A stretch of 24,000 bases of DNA from Methylobacillus sp. (GTDB lineage: Bacteria > Pseudomonadota > Gammaproteobacteria > Burkholderiales > Methylophilaceae), in assembly GCA_031277395.1 (NCBI GenBank), contig JAITML010000038.1, positions 36,171-60,170 on the forward strand, given 5' to 3'. The translations under genes and the position numbers were made by a program. The notes under the pieces were generated by a model. The model worked only from the letters and a program-made list of their open reading frames with translations, was not told the origin of the DNA and ran no database searches. Below, in pieces: positions 16,394-24,000 of the stretch (the first letter of the stretch is position 1; the number at the start of each line of letters is the position of its first letter).

Positions 16394-17701
16394 ATGGATA
16401 ATTTTTCTCAGGCAGCTACCGTAGTTTCGGTAACCTGCCCTTGCTGCGGCTTGCTTTGCGACGATTTGACCGTCCAGCGTGATTCCGCAGGCCAACTCAC
16501 TGTCAAGGAAAATGGCTGCGCGCGCGCCGTGGCGTTTTTCGCGCGCGCCGTGGCTGCGTCCGAGCCACGTATCGCTGGCAAACCTGCGACTTTGCAGGAA
16601 GCAATAACCAAGGCTGCGCGGATTCTGGGCGATGCCAAACAGCCGCTGATTGCGGGTTTGGGTACCGATGTCGATGGCATGCGCGCAGTGATGAATCTCG
16701 CGGAAACAAACCGCACCACGCTTGACCATATGAATTCCAACGCTCTTTTCCGCAACATGCTCGTGTTGCAAAACTCGGGCTGGTTCAATACCACGCTGAC
16801 CGAGGTACGCAATCGCGTTGATCTGCTGCTGGTGGTCGGAACCGATGTGGTGAGCGTCAATCCGCGCTTTTTCGAACGTGAAATCTGGAACAAGGAAACG
16901 CTGTACAACCAGGACACCGCCAAGCGCGAAATTGTTTATCTCGGCGGGCGCGGACTGGATACTTCAACAGGCATCGCGCCGGATGGGCGCAAACCGGATG
17001 TAATCGAGTGCGACATGGATCGCTTGCCCGAAGTGGTCGGCGCATTGCGCGCGTTTGTACTTGGCAAGCCATTAATCGCAAATGAAATCGCCGGAGTTCC
17101 TGCCGCCACTTTGCAAAATCTCGCGCAGCGCTTGCTTGCCGCGAAATATTCCATCGTGACCTGGGCAGCCGGTGCGCTCGCCCTGCCCCATGCGGAATTG
17201 ACCGTGCAGCATCTGGCCGCACTGGTAATCGCGCTCAATAAAACCACACGTTCAGCGGGTTTGCCGCTCGGCGGCAGTGATGGCGACACGAGCGCGAATC
17301 AGGTCAGCGCGTGGATCAGTGGCTACCCGGTACGCAACTCCTATATGCGCAATATTCCCGATTACGATCCCTGGCTTTATTCCGCCGAACGCCAATTGCA
17401 AAATGGTGAGGCGGATGCCTTGTTATGGATTTCGTCGTTCAGTCCCGAGCGTGTACCGCCTGCAACGGATGCACCCACCGTGGTGTTTGGTGAGGCGCAC
17501 ATGAAATTCGACAAGGAGCCGGATGTGTTCATCCCTGTCGCAACGCCGGGCGTGGATTGCAAGGGCACGATGTTCCGTATTGATAACGTCGTCTCGCTGC
17601 CTTTGCAAAAATTGCGCGACAGCAAACTGCCCGCGCTGGCTGAGGTTTTGCGCGCGATTGAGCAGCAACTTGGTCAGGAACAAGGAGCCGCGATATGTTG
17701 A
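16394..17701 (+). CDS. fhcB: Formyltransferase/hydrolase complex subunit B (formylmethanofuran dehydrogenase subunit B homologue)
   Basis: 435 aa with the N-terminal Cys cluster VTCPCCGLLCDDL typical of FwdB/FhcB. It is followed by A-, Ftr- and C-type subunits. Its end overlaps the fhcA start by 7 nt. Confidence 0.85.
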   Translation: MDNFSQAATVVSVTCPCCGLLCDDLTVQRDSAGQLTVKENGCARAVAFFARAVAASEPRIAGKPATLQEAITKAARILGDAKQPLIAGLGTDVDGMRAVMNLAETNRTTLDHMNSNALFRNMLVLQNSGWFNTTLTEVRNRVDLLLVVGTDVVSVNPRFFEREIWNKETLYNQDTAKREIVYLGGRGLDTSTGIAPDGRKPDVIECDMDRLPEVVGALRAFVLGKPLIANEIAGVPAATLQNLAQRLLAAKYSIVTWAAGALALPHAELTVQHLAALVIALNKTTRSAGLPLGGSDGDTSANQVSAWISGYPVRNSYMRNIPDYDPWLYSAERQLQNGEADALLWISSFSPERVPPATDAPTVVFGEAHMKFDKEPDVFIPVATPGVDCKGTMFRIDNVVSLPLQKLRDSKLPALAEVLRAIEQQLGQEQGAAIC

Positions 17702-19371
17702 CCAAACTGAGCGGCGGCACTGTTTATGATCCCGCACACGGCATCGACGGCAAGGTGATGGATATTTATATCCGCGACGGTCGCATAGTCGAACGTCCGC
17801 AGGATACCGAGCGCATTGATCAGGAATACAAACTCAACGGCAAGATCGTCATGGCGGGTGCGATCGACATGCACACGCACATCGGCGGCGGCAAGGTCAA
17901 TATCGCGCGCAGCATGCTGCCGGAAGATCACCGGCACGATCCGGCGGCGCATTCCGGTGCGTGCCGCGCAGGATGCGGCCACGCCGTGCCTTCGACGCTG
18001 ACGGCAGGTTATCGCTACGCGGAAATGGGTTATACCGCCGGATTTGAACCTGCCGTGTTGCCGATGAATGCACGTCAGGCGCATCTGGAAATGGGCGACA
18101 CGCCGATGATAGACAAAGGCGGCTACGCCATGCTGGGCAGTGACGATTTATTTCTGCGCATGCTGGCCGCGAAAAAAGACCAGAACGCAATCAACGATTA
18201 TGTCGCATGGACCATAGCCGCAAGTCAGGCGATTGGCATCAAGGTGGTGAATGCGGGCGGCATCAATGCCTTCAAATTCAACCAGCGTTTCCTCGATCTC
18301 GATGAAAAAAATTCGCGCTACGACATCACTCCGCGCGAAGTTCTGAAAACCTTGTCACGCGCGGTGTATGAGCTGGGTGTGCCGCATCCCCTGCATGTGC
18401 ACGGCAACAATCTTGGTGTGCCCGGCAATGTGGAAACCACGCTTAATTCGATGGCGGGTGTTGAGGGCTATCCCATGCACCTCACGCATATCCAGTTCCA
18501 CAGTTATGGCGTCGAAGGTGATCGCAAGTTTTCCTCGGGCGCATCGCGCATTGCTGAGGCGATCAACAAAAACAAAAACATTTCCGCCGATGTCGGCCAG
18601 ATTCTGTTCGGCCAGACCGTCACCGTTTCCGGCGATCAGATGTCGCAGTTCCGCAACGCCGAGCTTGGCTCGCCGCGCAAGATGGTATGCATGGATATCG
18701 AATGCGACGCAGGCTGCGGCGTGGTGCCGTTCAAGTACAAGGATCAGAATTTCGTCAACGCGCTGCAATGGGCGATAGGACTGGAAATTTTCCTGCTGGT
18801 CGATGACCCGTGGCGCATCTTCCTCACCACCGACCACCCCAACGGCGCGCCGTTCACGAGTTATCCGCATCTCATCAAATTGCTCATGGACAAGAGCTTC
18901 CGCAAGGATGTGTTCGCCACGCTCAACGCTGACGCGCAAACCATGAGCACACTGGCTTCCATAGATCGCGAATACACGCTTTATGAAATTGCGATCATGA
19001 CGCGCGCAGGCGCGGCCAAGCTGGTCGGGCTGCATGACAGAGGCCATCTCGGCGCGGGCGCGGCGGCGGATATCACGGTTTACACCGACAATGCCGATCG
19101 CGAGAAAATGTTCGCCAAGCCGGATTACGTTTTCAAGGATGGCCAGCTTGTCGTCAAGGATGGCAGCATCGTCAAGGTGGTATGGGGCGCGACGCACACT
19201 GTGCGTCCGGAGTTTGATCGCGGCATCGAGAAGGAAATCAAAACCTATTTCGACAAGTACCACACCATCAAAATGGAACACATGAAAGTCAGCAACGACG
19301 AACTCGAAGACGGCGGACGCAGCAAGATCATCGTGCAGGAATGCAAGGGCCGCCGGGAGAAGACGGCATGA
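17695..19371 (+). CDS. fhcA: Formyltransferase/hydrolase complex subunit A (FwdA-like amidohydrolase)
   Basis: 558 aa with the amidohydrolase metal motif GAIDMHTHIGGG and later HVHGNNLG. AAGGAG lies 7 nt upstream of the ATG. Its TGA stop overlaps the fhcD start in the sequence ATGA. Confidence 0.9.
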   Translation: MLTKLSGGTVYDPAHGIDGKVMDIYIRDGRIVERPQDTERIDQEYKLNGKIVMAGAIDMHTHIGGGKVNIARSMLPEDHRHDPAAHSGACRAGCGHAVPSTLTAGYRYAEMGYTAGFEPAVLPMNARQAHLEMGDTPMIDKGGYAMLGSDDLFLRMLAAKKDQNAINDYVAWTIAASQAIGIKVVNAGGINAFKFNQRFLDLDEKNSRYDITPREVLKTLSRAVYELGVPHPLHVHGNNLGVPGNVETTLNSMAGVEGYPMHLTHIQFHSYGVEGDRKFSSGASRIAEAINKNKNISADVGQILFGQTVTVSGDQMSQFRNAELGSPRKMVCMDIECDAGCGVVPFKYKDQNFVNALQWAIGLEIFLLVDDPWRIFLTTDHPNGAPFTSYPHLIKLLMDKSFRKDVFATLNADAQTMSTLASIDREYTLYEIAIMTRAGAAKLVGLHDRGHLGAGAAADITVYTDNADREKMFAKPDYVFKDGQLVVKDGSIVKVVWGATHTVRPEFDRGIEKEIKTYFDKYHTIKMEHMKVSNDELEDGGRSKIIVQECKGRREKTA

Positions 19372-20264
19372 TAATCAACGGCGTTGCAATCGACGATACC
19401 TTTGCCGAAGCCTTCGGGATGCGTGGCACGCGCGTGCTCATCACTGCGCAAAATCTCAAATGGGCGCATACCGCCGCCACCGCGATGACCGGCTTCGCGA
19501 CCTCCGTGATTGCCTGCGGCGTGGAAGCAGGAATTGAACGTGAACTATCGCCGGAAGAAACGCCGGATGGCCGCCCCGGCGTCTCCGTGCTGATGTTCGC
19601 GATGGGCAGTGCAGTGCTTATGAAACAGCTTGAAACCCGCATGGGACAATGCGTGCTTACCTGCCCGACCGCCGCCGCATTTTCGGGCATCGAGGGCGGT
19701 GACCGCATCAATCTCGGCAAAAATTTGCGTTTTTTTGGTGATGGATTCCAGACTTCCAAACAGTTCGGCGGCAAACGTTACTGGCGCGTGCCGGTGATGG
19801 ATGGCGAATTTCTCACCGAAGAAAAAACCGGCATGGTGCGCGCGGTCGGCGGCGGCAATTTTCTCATTCTCGCCGAGTCGCAGCCGCAGGCGCTTGCGGC
19901 GGGCGAAGCTGCGATTGAGGCCATGCGCAAGGTGCCGAATGTCATCATGCCCTTCCCCGGCGGGATTGTGCGTTCCGGCTCCAAGGTCGGCTCCAAATAC
20001 AAGACATTGAATGCCTCCACCAATGATGCGTTCTGCCCGACGCTCAAAGGACTGACCAAAACAGAACTGTCGCCGGAAATTGAATCCGTGATGGAAATTG
20101 TGATCGACGGCCTCAGCGATGCCGATGTGCGCAAAGCCACCCACGCAGGCATCTCCGCCGTGTGCGATCTCGGTGCAGCCAATGGCGTGCGGCGCATTTC
20201 CGCAGGTAATTATGGCGGCAAACTCGGCCCATTTCACTTTCATCTGCGGGAGATCATGGCATGA
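19368..20264 (+). CDS. fhcD: Formylmethanofuran--tetrahydromethanopterin N-formyltransferase (Ftr/FhcD)
   Basis: MIINGVAIDDTFAEAFGMRGTRVLITA...TGFATSVIACGVEAGIE...TPDGRPGV...GQCVLTCPT matches the Ftr family. I chose the start at ATG 19368 (ATGA overlap with fhcA) rather than the upstream ORF-track start at 19341. Confidence 0.9.
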   Translation: MIINGVAIDDTFAEAFGMRGTRVLITAQNLKWAHTAATAMTGFATSVIACGVEAGIERELSPEETPDGRPGVSVLMFAMGSAVLMKQLETRMGQCVLTCPTAAAFSGIEGGDRINLGKNLRFFGDGFQTSKQFGGKRYWRVPVMDGEFLTEEKTGMVRAVGGGNFLILAESQPQALAAGEAAIEAMRKVPNVIMPFPGGIVRSGSKVGSKYKTLNASTNDAFCPTLKGLTKTELSPEIESVMEIVIDGLSDADVRKATHAGISAVCDLGAANGVRRISAGNYGGKLGPFHFHLREIMA

Positions 20265-21067
20265 CCGCGTTGACGCTCACGCTCAAAAAAATTCCGCAGC
20301 AGCGCATAGATTGCTCGCCGCTGACGCCGGATGCGCTGGCCGGAAAATCCGCCGCCGATATTGCCGCCATTCCATTGCAATCCGGCAAAAACACGCTGCG
20401 TGTTGATGCCTTGTTTGATGTTTCCGGCGACGATGTTGCCGAAATTGTTTTCATGAATGGCTGCGACAAGCTGGACTATATCGGCGCGGCGATGCACAGT
20501 GGTCGCATCATCATCCACGGCGATGCGGGCTGCTATCTCGGTTTCCGCAAAAAAGGCGGCGAGATCGTGCAGCACGGCAACGCGGGCAATTTCGCCGCGA
20601 GTGGCATGACGGGTGGACTGCTGCATATCCACGGCAACGCAGGCGATTTTCTCGCGGCTGCAATTCCCGGTGATCGCAAAGGCATGGCAGGCGGTCTCGT
20701 CATCGTTACCGGCAACGCGGGCGACCGCACGGGTGACCAGATGCGGCGCGGCATTGTGTTGATTGAAGGCAATGCCGGCGATTATTGCGCTTCACGCATG
20801 ATTGCCGGGACAATAGGCGTGATGGGCGCGACTGGCGATTATCCCGGCTACGGCATGAAGCGCGGCACATTGCTGCTGTTCAAGCCGCCCAGACTGATCG
20901 CCACGATACAGGATTGCGGCATGCATACACTGCCCTTCCTGAAATTGATGTACAAATCTTTCCGCGATTTGCCAAGCAAATTCGCGCACCTCGACCAGAC
21001 ACGCGTGCGGCGTTACGCCGGAGATTTGGCCAATGACGGCAAGGGTGAAATTTTACTGTTTTCGTAA
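20261..21067 (+). CDS. fhcC: Formyltransferase/hydrolase complex subunit C (FwdC-like beta-helix protein)
   Basis: 268 aa with repeated G(N/D)AG(D/N/C) turns (HGDAGCY, HGNAGNF, HGNAGDF, TGNAGDR, EGNAGDY) characteristic of FwdC/GltB-C-type beta-helices. Its start overlaps the fhcD stop in the sequence ATGA. Confidence 0.9.
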   Translation: MTALTLTLKKIPQQRIDCSPLTPDALAGKSAADIAAIPLQSGKNTLRVDALFDVSGDDVAEIVFMNGCDKLDYIGAAMHSGRIIIHGDAGCYLGFRKKGGEIVQHGNAGNFAASGMTGGLLHIHGNAGDFLAAAIPGDRKGMAGGLVIVTGNAGDRTGDQMRRGIVLIEGNAGDYCASRMIAGTIGVMGATGDYPGYGMKRGTLLLFKPPRLIATIQDCGMHTLPFLKLMYKSFRDLPSKFAHLDQTRVRRYAGDLANDGKGEILLFS

Positions 21068-21091
21068 TCGAAACTTTTGAGGAATTGCAAC

Positions 21092-22777
21092 ATGTCCGAA
21101 ACCAGGACCGTGCGTCTTGATAATTTGAAGCGCAAAAGCGGCAAGCCCAAGGGCCGCAGCGTTGAACCGGCCGCACTGCTGGAAGTGCAGCGGCTGCTGG
21201 GCGATGCTTCGCGCGCGCCAGACATGCTGATCGAGCATCTGCACAAAATACAGGATCATCACGGGCATATCTCCAGCAAGCACATCACGGCGCTTGCCGC
21301 TGAAATGAAACTTTCGCAGACGGAAGTTTATGAAGTCGCCACCTTCTATCACCACTTTGATGTGGTCAAGGAAGGTGAAGCGCCGCCTCCGCCGCTCACC
21401 GTGCGCGTTTGTGAATCCGTGGCGTGCGACATGGCAGGCGCGCATGACCTCATAGACGCGCTGAAGCGCGGGCTGGGCGATAAAATCCGCATCCAGCCGG
21501 TGCCTTGCGTGGGTCGCTGCGATACTGCGCCGATAGCCGTGGTCGGAAAAAATCCGGTTGACCATGCGACTGCGGATGCGGTCATTAAAGCTGCGAATGC
21601 AAAGGAAATCGAAGCGCCCGTCACCAATTATCTGCCGCTGGACAAATATGTCGCCGCCGGTGGTTATCAACTCTACAAAAATTGCGTGGAAGGAAAACGC
21701 ACGCCCGAAGAACTCATCGCCATCATGGAAAATTCCGGCTTGCGCGGCTTGGGCGGCGCAGGTTTTCCGGTCGGGCGCAAATGGCGCATCGTAAGCCAGC
21801 AGCCCGCACCACGCCTCATGGCAGTCAACATTGACGAAGGCGAACCCGGCACTTTCAAGGATAGATATTATCTGGAGCGCGATCCGCACCGTTTCCTCGA
21901 AGGCATGTTGATCGCAGCATGGGCAGTCGGCATCGACAGGATTTATATTTACCTGCGCGACGAATACGCGGGATGCCGCAAAATTCTGAGCCGCGAACTC
22001 GCGGAACTGCAGGATCATCCGCCCGCGCGCCTGCCGGAAATCCAGTTGCGGCGCGGCGCGGGAGCCTACATCTGCGGCGAGGAATCGGCCATGATCGAAT
22101 CCATAGAAGGCAAACGCGGGATGCCGCGTCTGCGTCCGCCGTTTGTGGCGCAGGTCGGTTTGTTTGGCCGCCCGACGCTGGAACACAACATGGAATCCGT
22201 TTACTGGGTGCGCGAAATTGTCGAAAAAGGCCCGGAATGGTTCACCGCGCACGGTCGCTACGAGCGCAAGGGTTTGCGCTCTTTCTCGGTCAGCGGTCGC
22301 GTGAAAAAATCCGGTGTGCATCTCGCTCCTGCAGGCATCACCATGCGCGAACTCATCAATGAATATTGCGGCGGCATGCTGGATGGCCACGAGTTTTACG
22401 GCTACTTCCCCGGCGGCGCGTCCGGCGGTATTTTGCCCGCGAGCATGGGCGACATCCCGCTCGATTTCGACACGCTCAACCAGTACGGCTGCTTCATCGG
22501 ATCGGCAGCGATAATCGTATTTTCCGACCATGACAAGGCGAAGGATTTGGCGCTCAATGCGATGAAATTTTTTGAAGATGAATCCTGCGGCCAATGCACG
22601 CCCTGCCGCGTGGGAACTGCAAAAGCGGTCGATCTCATGGCGCAATCCCACTGGGATCAGGCGCTGCTGGAAGAACTTTCCGTGACCATGATAGACGCTT
22701 CCATCTGCGGTCTCGGCCAGGCGGCGCCCAATCCGTTGCGCTCTGTCATCAAGTATTTTCCCGACGAATTGAATTAG
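21092..22777 (+). CDS. fdsB: NAD-dependent formate dehydrogenase beta subunit, a fused NuoE-like and NuoF-like diaphorase
   Basis: The N-terminal NuoE/FdsG-like part has [2Fe-2S] cysteines: VCESVACDMAG ... VPCVGRCDTAP. The NuoF-like part has the FMN/NADH motifs GLRGLGGAGFPVGRKW and NIDEGEPGTFKDR, and the 4Fe-4S motif ESCGQCTPCRVG. GAGGA lies 8 nt upstream of ATG 21092. Confidence 0.9.
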   Translation: MSETRTVRLDNLKRKSGKPKGRSVEPAALLEVQRLLGDASRAPDMLIEHLHKIQDHHGHISSKHITALAAEMKLSQTEVYEVATFYHHFDVVKEGEAPPPPLTVRVCESVACDMAGAHDLIDALKRGLGDKIRIQPVPCVGRCDTAPIAVVGKNPVDHATADAVIKAANAKEIEAPVTNYLPLDKYVAAGGYQLYKNCVEGKRTPEELIAIMENSGLRGLGGAGFPVGRKWRIVSQQPAPRLMAVNIDEGEPGTFKDRYYLERDPHRFLEGMLIAAWAVGIDRIYIYLRDEYAGCRKILSRELAELQDHPPARLPEIQLRRGAGAYICGEESAMIESIEGKRGMPRLRPPFVAQVGLFGRPTLEHNMESVYWVREIVEKGPEWFTAHGRYERKGLRSFSVSGRVKKSGVHLAPAGITMRELINEYCGGMLDGHEFYGYFPGGASGGILPASMGDIPLDFDTLNQYGCFIGSAAIIVFSDHDKAKDLALNAMKFFEDESCGQCTPCRVGTAKAVDLMAQSHWDQALLEELSVTMIDASICGLGQAAPNPLRSVIKYFPDELN

Positions 22778-22790
22778 TTAGGGTACGCTC

Positions 22791-24000
22791 ATGAATGCTC
22801 CTGCCAATCTGCCCCCCACCATAGGCTTCTCGCTCAACGGCAAAAAAGTCGAGGCGTTCGAGGGCGAAACCATCATCCAGGCCGCGCAACGCAACGGTGT
22901 GGAAATTCCGCATCTGTGCTACAAGGACGGCTTGCGTCCTGACGGCAACTGCCGCGCGTGCGTGGTCGAGATCAAGGGCGAGCGCGTGCTTGCGCCTTCC
23001 TGCTGTCGCGCTCCCTCCCCCGACATGGAAGTGCAATCCGACAGCGCCCGTGCCACCGCCGCGCAAAAAATGGTGCTGGAATTGCTGCTGTCCGACATGC
23101 CGCCAAAAGAATACAAGCTCGACAACGAACTCACGCACTGGGCGAAAAAACTTGAACTCGGCAAGCCGCGTTTCAGCGCGCGTACCGCGCCTGTCGCCGA
23201 TCTTTCCAACGCAGCCATCACGGTCAATCTCGATGCCTGCATCCAATGCACGCGTTGCGTGCGCGCCTGTCGTGAGGAACAGGTCAACGATGTGATTGGC
23301 TACGCTTTCCGCGGACATCACGCTGCCATTGTTTTCGATCAAGGCGATCCCATGGGCGACAGCACCTGCGTCACCTGTGGCGAATGCGTGCAAGCCTGCC
23401 CAACCGGCGCGCTCGCGCCTGCGGGCGGTGTCGCGCTGATCACGCCGGACAAAACCGTGGATTCCGTTTGCCCCTATTGCGGCGTCGGTTGCCAACTGAC
23501 CTATCACGTCAAGGATGACAAGATCATTGAAGTCACGGGACGTGACGGCCCCGCCAATCATGATCGTTTGTGCGTCAAGGGTCGTTATGGTTTCGACTAT
23601 GCGCGCCATCAGCATCGACTCACCAAGCCGTTGATACGCAAACCCGATGTGCCCAAGGACGCAACTGCGGAAATGGATCCCGCAAATCCTTATGCCGCAT
23701 TCCGCGAAGCGAGCTGGGAAGAAGCATTGGATTTCGCCGCGAATGGCCTCAAAAAAATCAAGGAACGCGACGGCAAATACGCGCTGGCCGGATTCGGTTC
23801 GGCCAAGGGCAGCAATGAAGAAGCCTATCTATTCCAGAAGCTTGTACGCACCGGCTTCGGCACCAACAACGTTGACCACTGCACCCGTCTGTGCCACGCC
23901 TCCAGCGTGGTCGCGCTGCTGGAAGGCGTGGGCTCGGGCGCAGTTTCGAATCCGGTCGCGGATGTGCAGCATTCCGAAGTCATCGTCATCATCGGCGCCA
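22791..24000 (+). CDS. fdsA: NAD-dependent formate dehydrogenase alpha (molybdopterin) subunit, N-terminal 403 codons (3' end outside the window)
   Basis: My own translation gives MNAPANLPPTIGFSLNGKKVEAFEGETIIQAAQRNGVEIPHLCYKDGLRPDGNCRACVVEIKGERVLAPSCC (2Fe-2S). Further motifs are CIQCTRCVRACRE and CVTCGECVQACPTGA (4Fe-4S), CPYCGVGCQL, KGRYGFDY, and HCTRLCHASSV (Cys, not Sec, at the Mo/W ligand position). The frame is open to the window end and begins 13 nt after the fdsB stop. Confidence 0.95.
   Translation, partial: MNAPANLPPTIGFSLNGKKVEAFEGETIIQAAQRNGVEIPHLCYKDGLRPDGNCRACVVEIKGERVLAPSCCRAPSPDMEVQSDSARATAAQKMVLELLLSDMPPKEYKLDNELTHWAKKLELGKPRFSARTAPVADLSNAAITVNLDACIQCTRCVRACREEQVNDVIGYAFRGHHAAIVFDQGDPMGDSTCVTCGECVQACPTGALAPAGGVALITPDKTVDSVCPYCGVGCQLTYHVKDDKIIEVTGRDGPANHDRLCVKGRYGFDYARHQHRLTKPLIRKPDVPKDATAEMDPANPYAAFREASWEEALDFAANGLKKIKERDGKYALAGFGSAKGSNEEAYLFQKLVRTGFGTNNVDHCTRLCHASSVVALLEGVGSGAVSNPVADVQHSEVIVIIGA

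Noticed and set aside
13623-20243. Other antisense or overlapping ORFs of 100-300 aa: 13623..14231(-), 13893..14747(+), 14500..15258(-), 15143..15682(-), 15869..16771(-), 16408..16923(-), 18355..19281(-) and 19545..20243(-).
   Set aside because: All overlap well-supported genes (ybaL, usp, fhcB, fhcA, fhcD). None has a start context, and all translate to biased Arg/Ala/His-rich sequence. The pattern across the whole window points to genome-wide codon bias rather than overlapping genes.
21053-23615. Long minus-strand ORFs (532 aa at 21053..22651 and 288 aa at 22749..23615) antisense to fdsB and fdsA.
   Set aside because: The 532-aa ORF is codon-aligned with fdsB, so it is the same shadow effect. 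I did not check the phase of the 288-aa ORF against fdsA, but it overlaps a gene with very strong motif support. Both translations are Arg/Ala/Gly-rich and featureless.
23941-23960. A tRNA T-loop-like string, gtttcgaatccgg.
   Set aside because: It lies in frame inside the fdsA coding sequence. No acceptor or anticodon stems can be drawn around it.

Overview
The window looks like chromosomal DNA from a moderately GC-rich proteobacterial autotroph or C1-utiliser; gene content and order suggest a betaproteobacterium, but that is a guess. I saw no rRNA, tRNA, CRISPR array, transposase, integrase or recognisable defence genes.

Layout, left to right:
1. The 3' end of an HD-GYP-like signalling gene, followed by an intrinsic terminator.
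2. A lipoprotein gene on the minus strand. Diverging from it is a tightly spaced plus-strand set of four genes: an exported protein with a twin-arginine signal and thiolase-like motifs, a Sel1-repeat protein, a rubredoxin, and a 138-aa unknown. The rubredoxin is 54 aa and is absent from the supplied ORF track.
3. A minus-strand form IA RuBisCO operon in the order cbbL, cbbS, orf157, cbbQ, cbbO, orf98. cbbR is transcribed divergently from it.
4. Housekeeping-type genes: mltF, a ybaL-like K+/H+ antiporter, and a tandem universal stress protein.
5. A plus-strand run comprising fhcB, fhcA, fhcD and fhcC (the H4MPT-linked formyltransferase/hydrolase complex), then a fused NuoE/NuoF-type formate dehydrogenase beta subunit, then the start of the alpha subunit, which runs off the window.

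Nothing here is demonstrably a new system. The best leads are:
- Two uncharacterised genes built into the RuBisCO operon: a signal-peptide protein between cbbS and cbbQ, and a small acidic protein coupled to cbbO.
- The exported thiolase-like protein, Sel1 protein, rubredoxin and unknown gene set, which ends 7 bp from the end of the cbb operon.
- The apparent fhc-fdh single transcription unit, which sits behind a near-consensus promoter and a leader of about 130 nt.

Functional calls rest on motif recognition and gene order only. No database search was possible.
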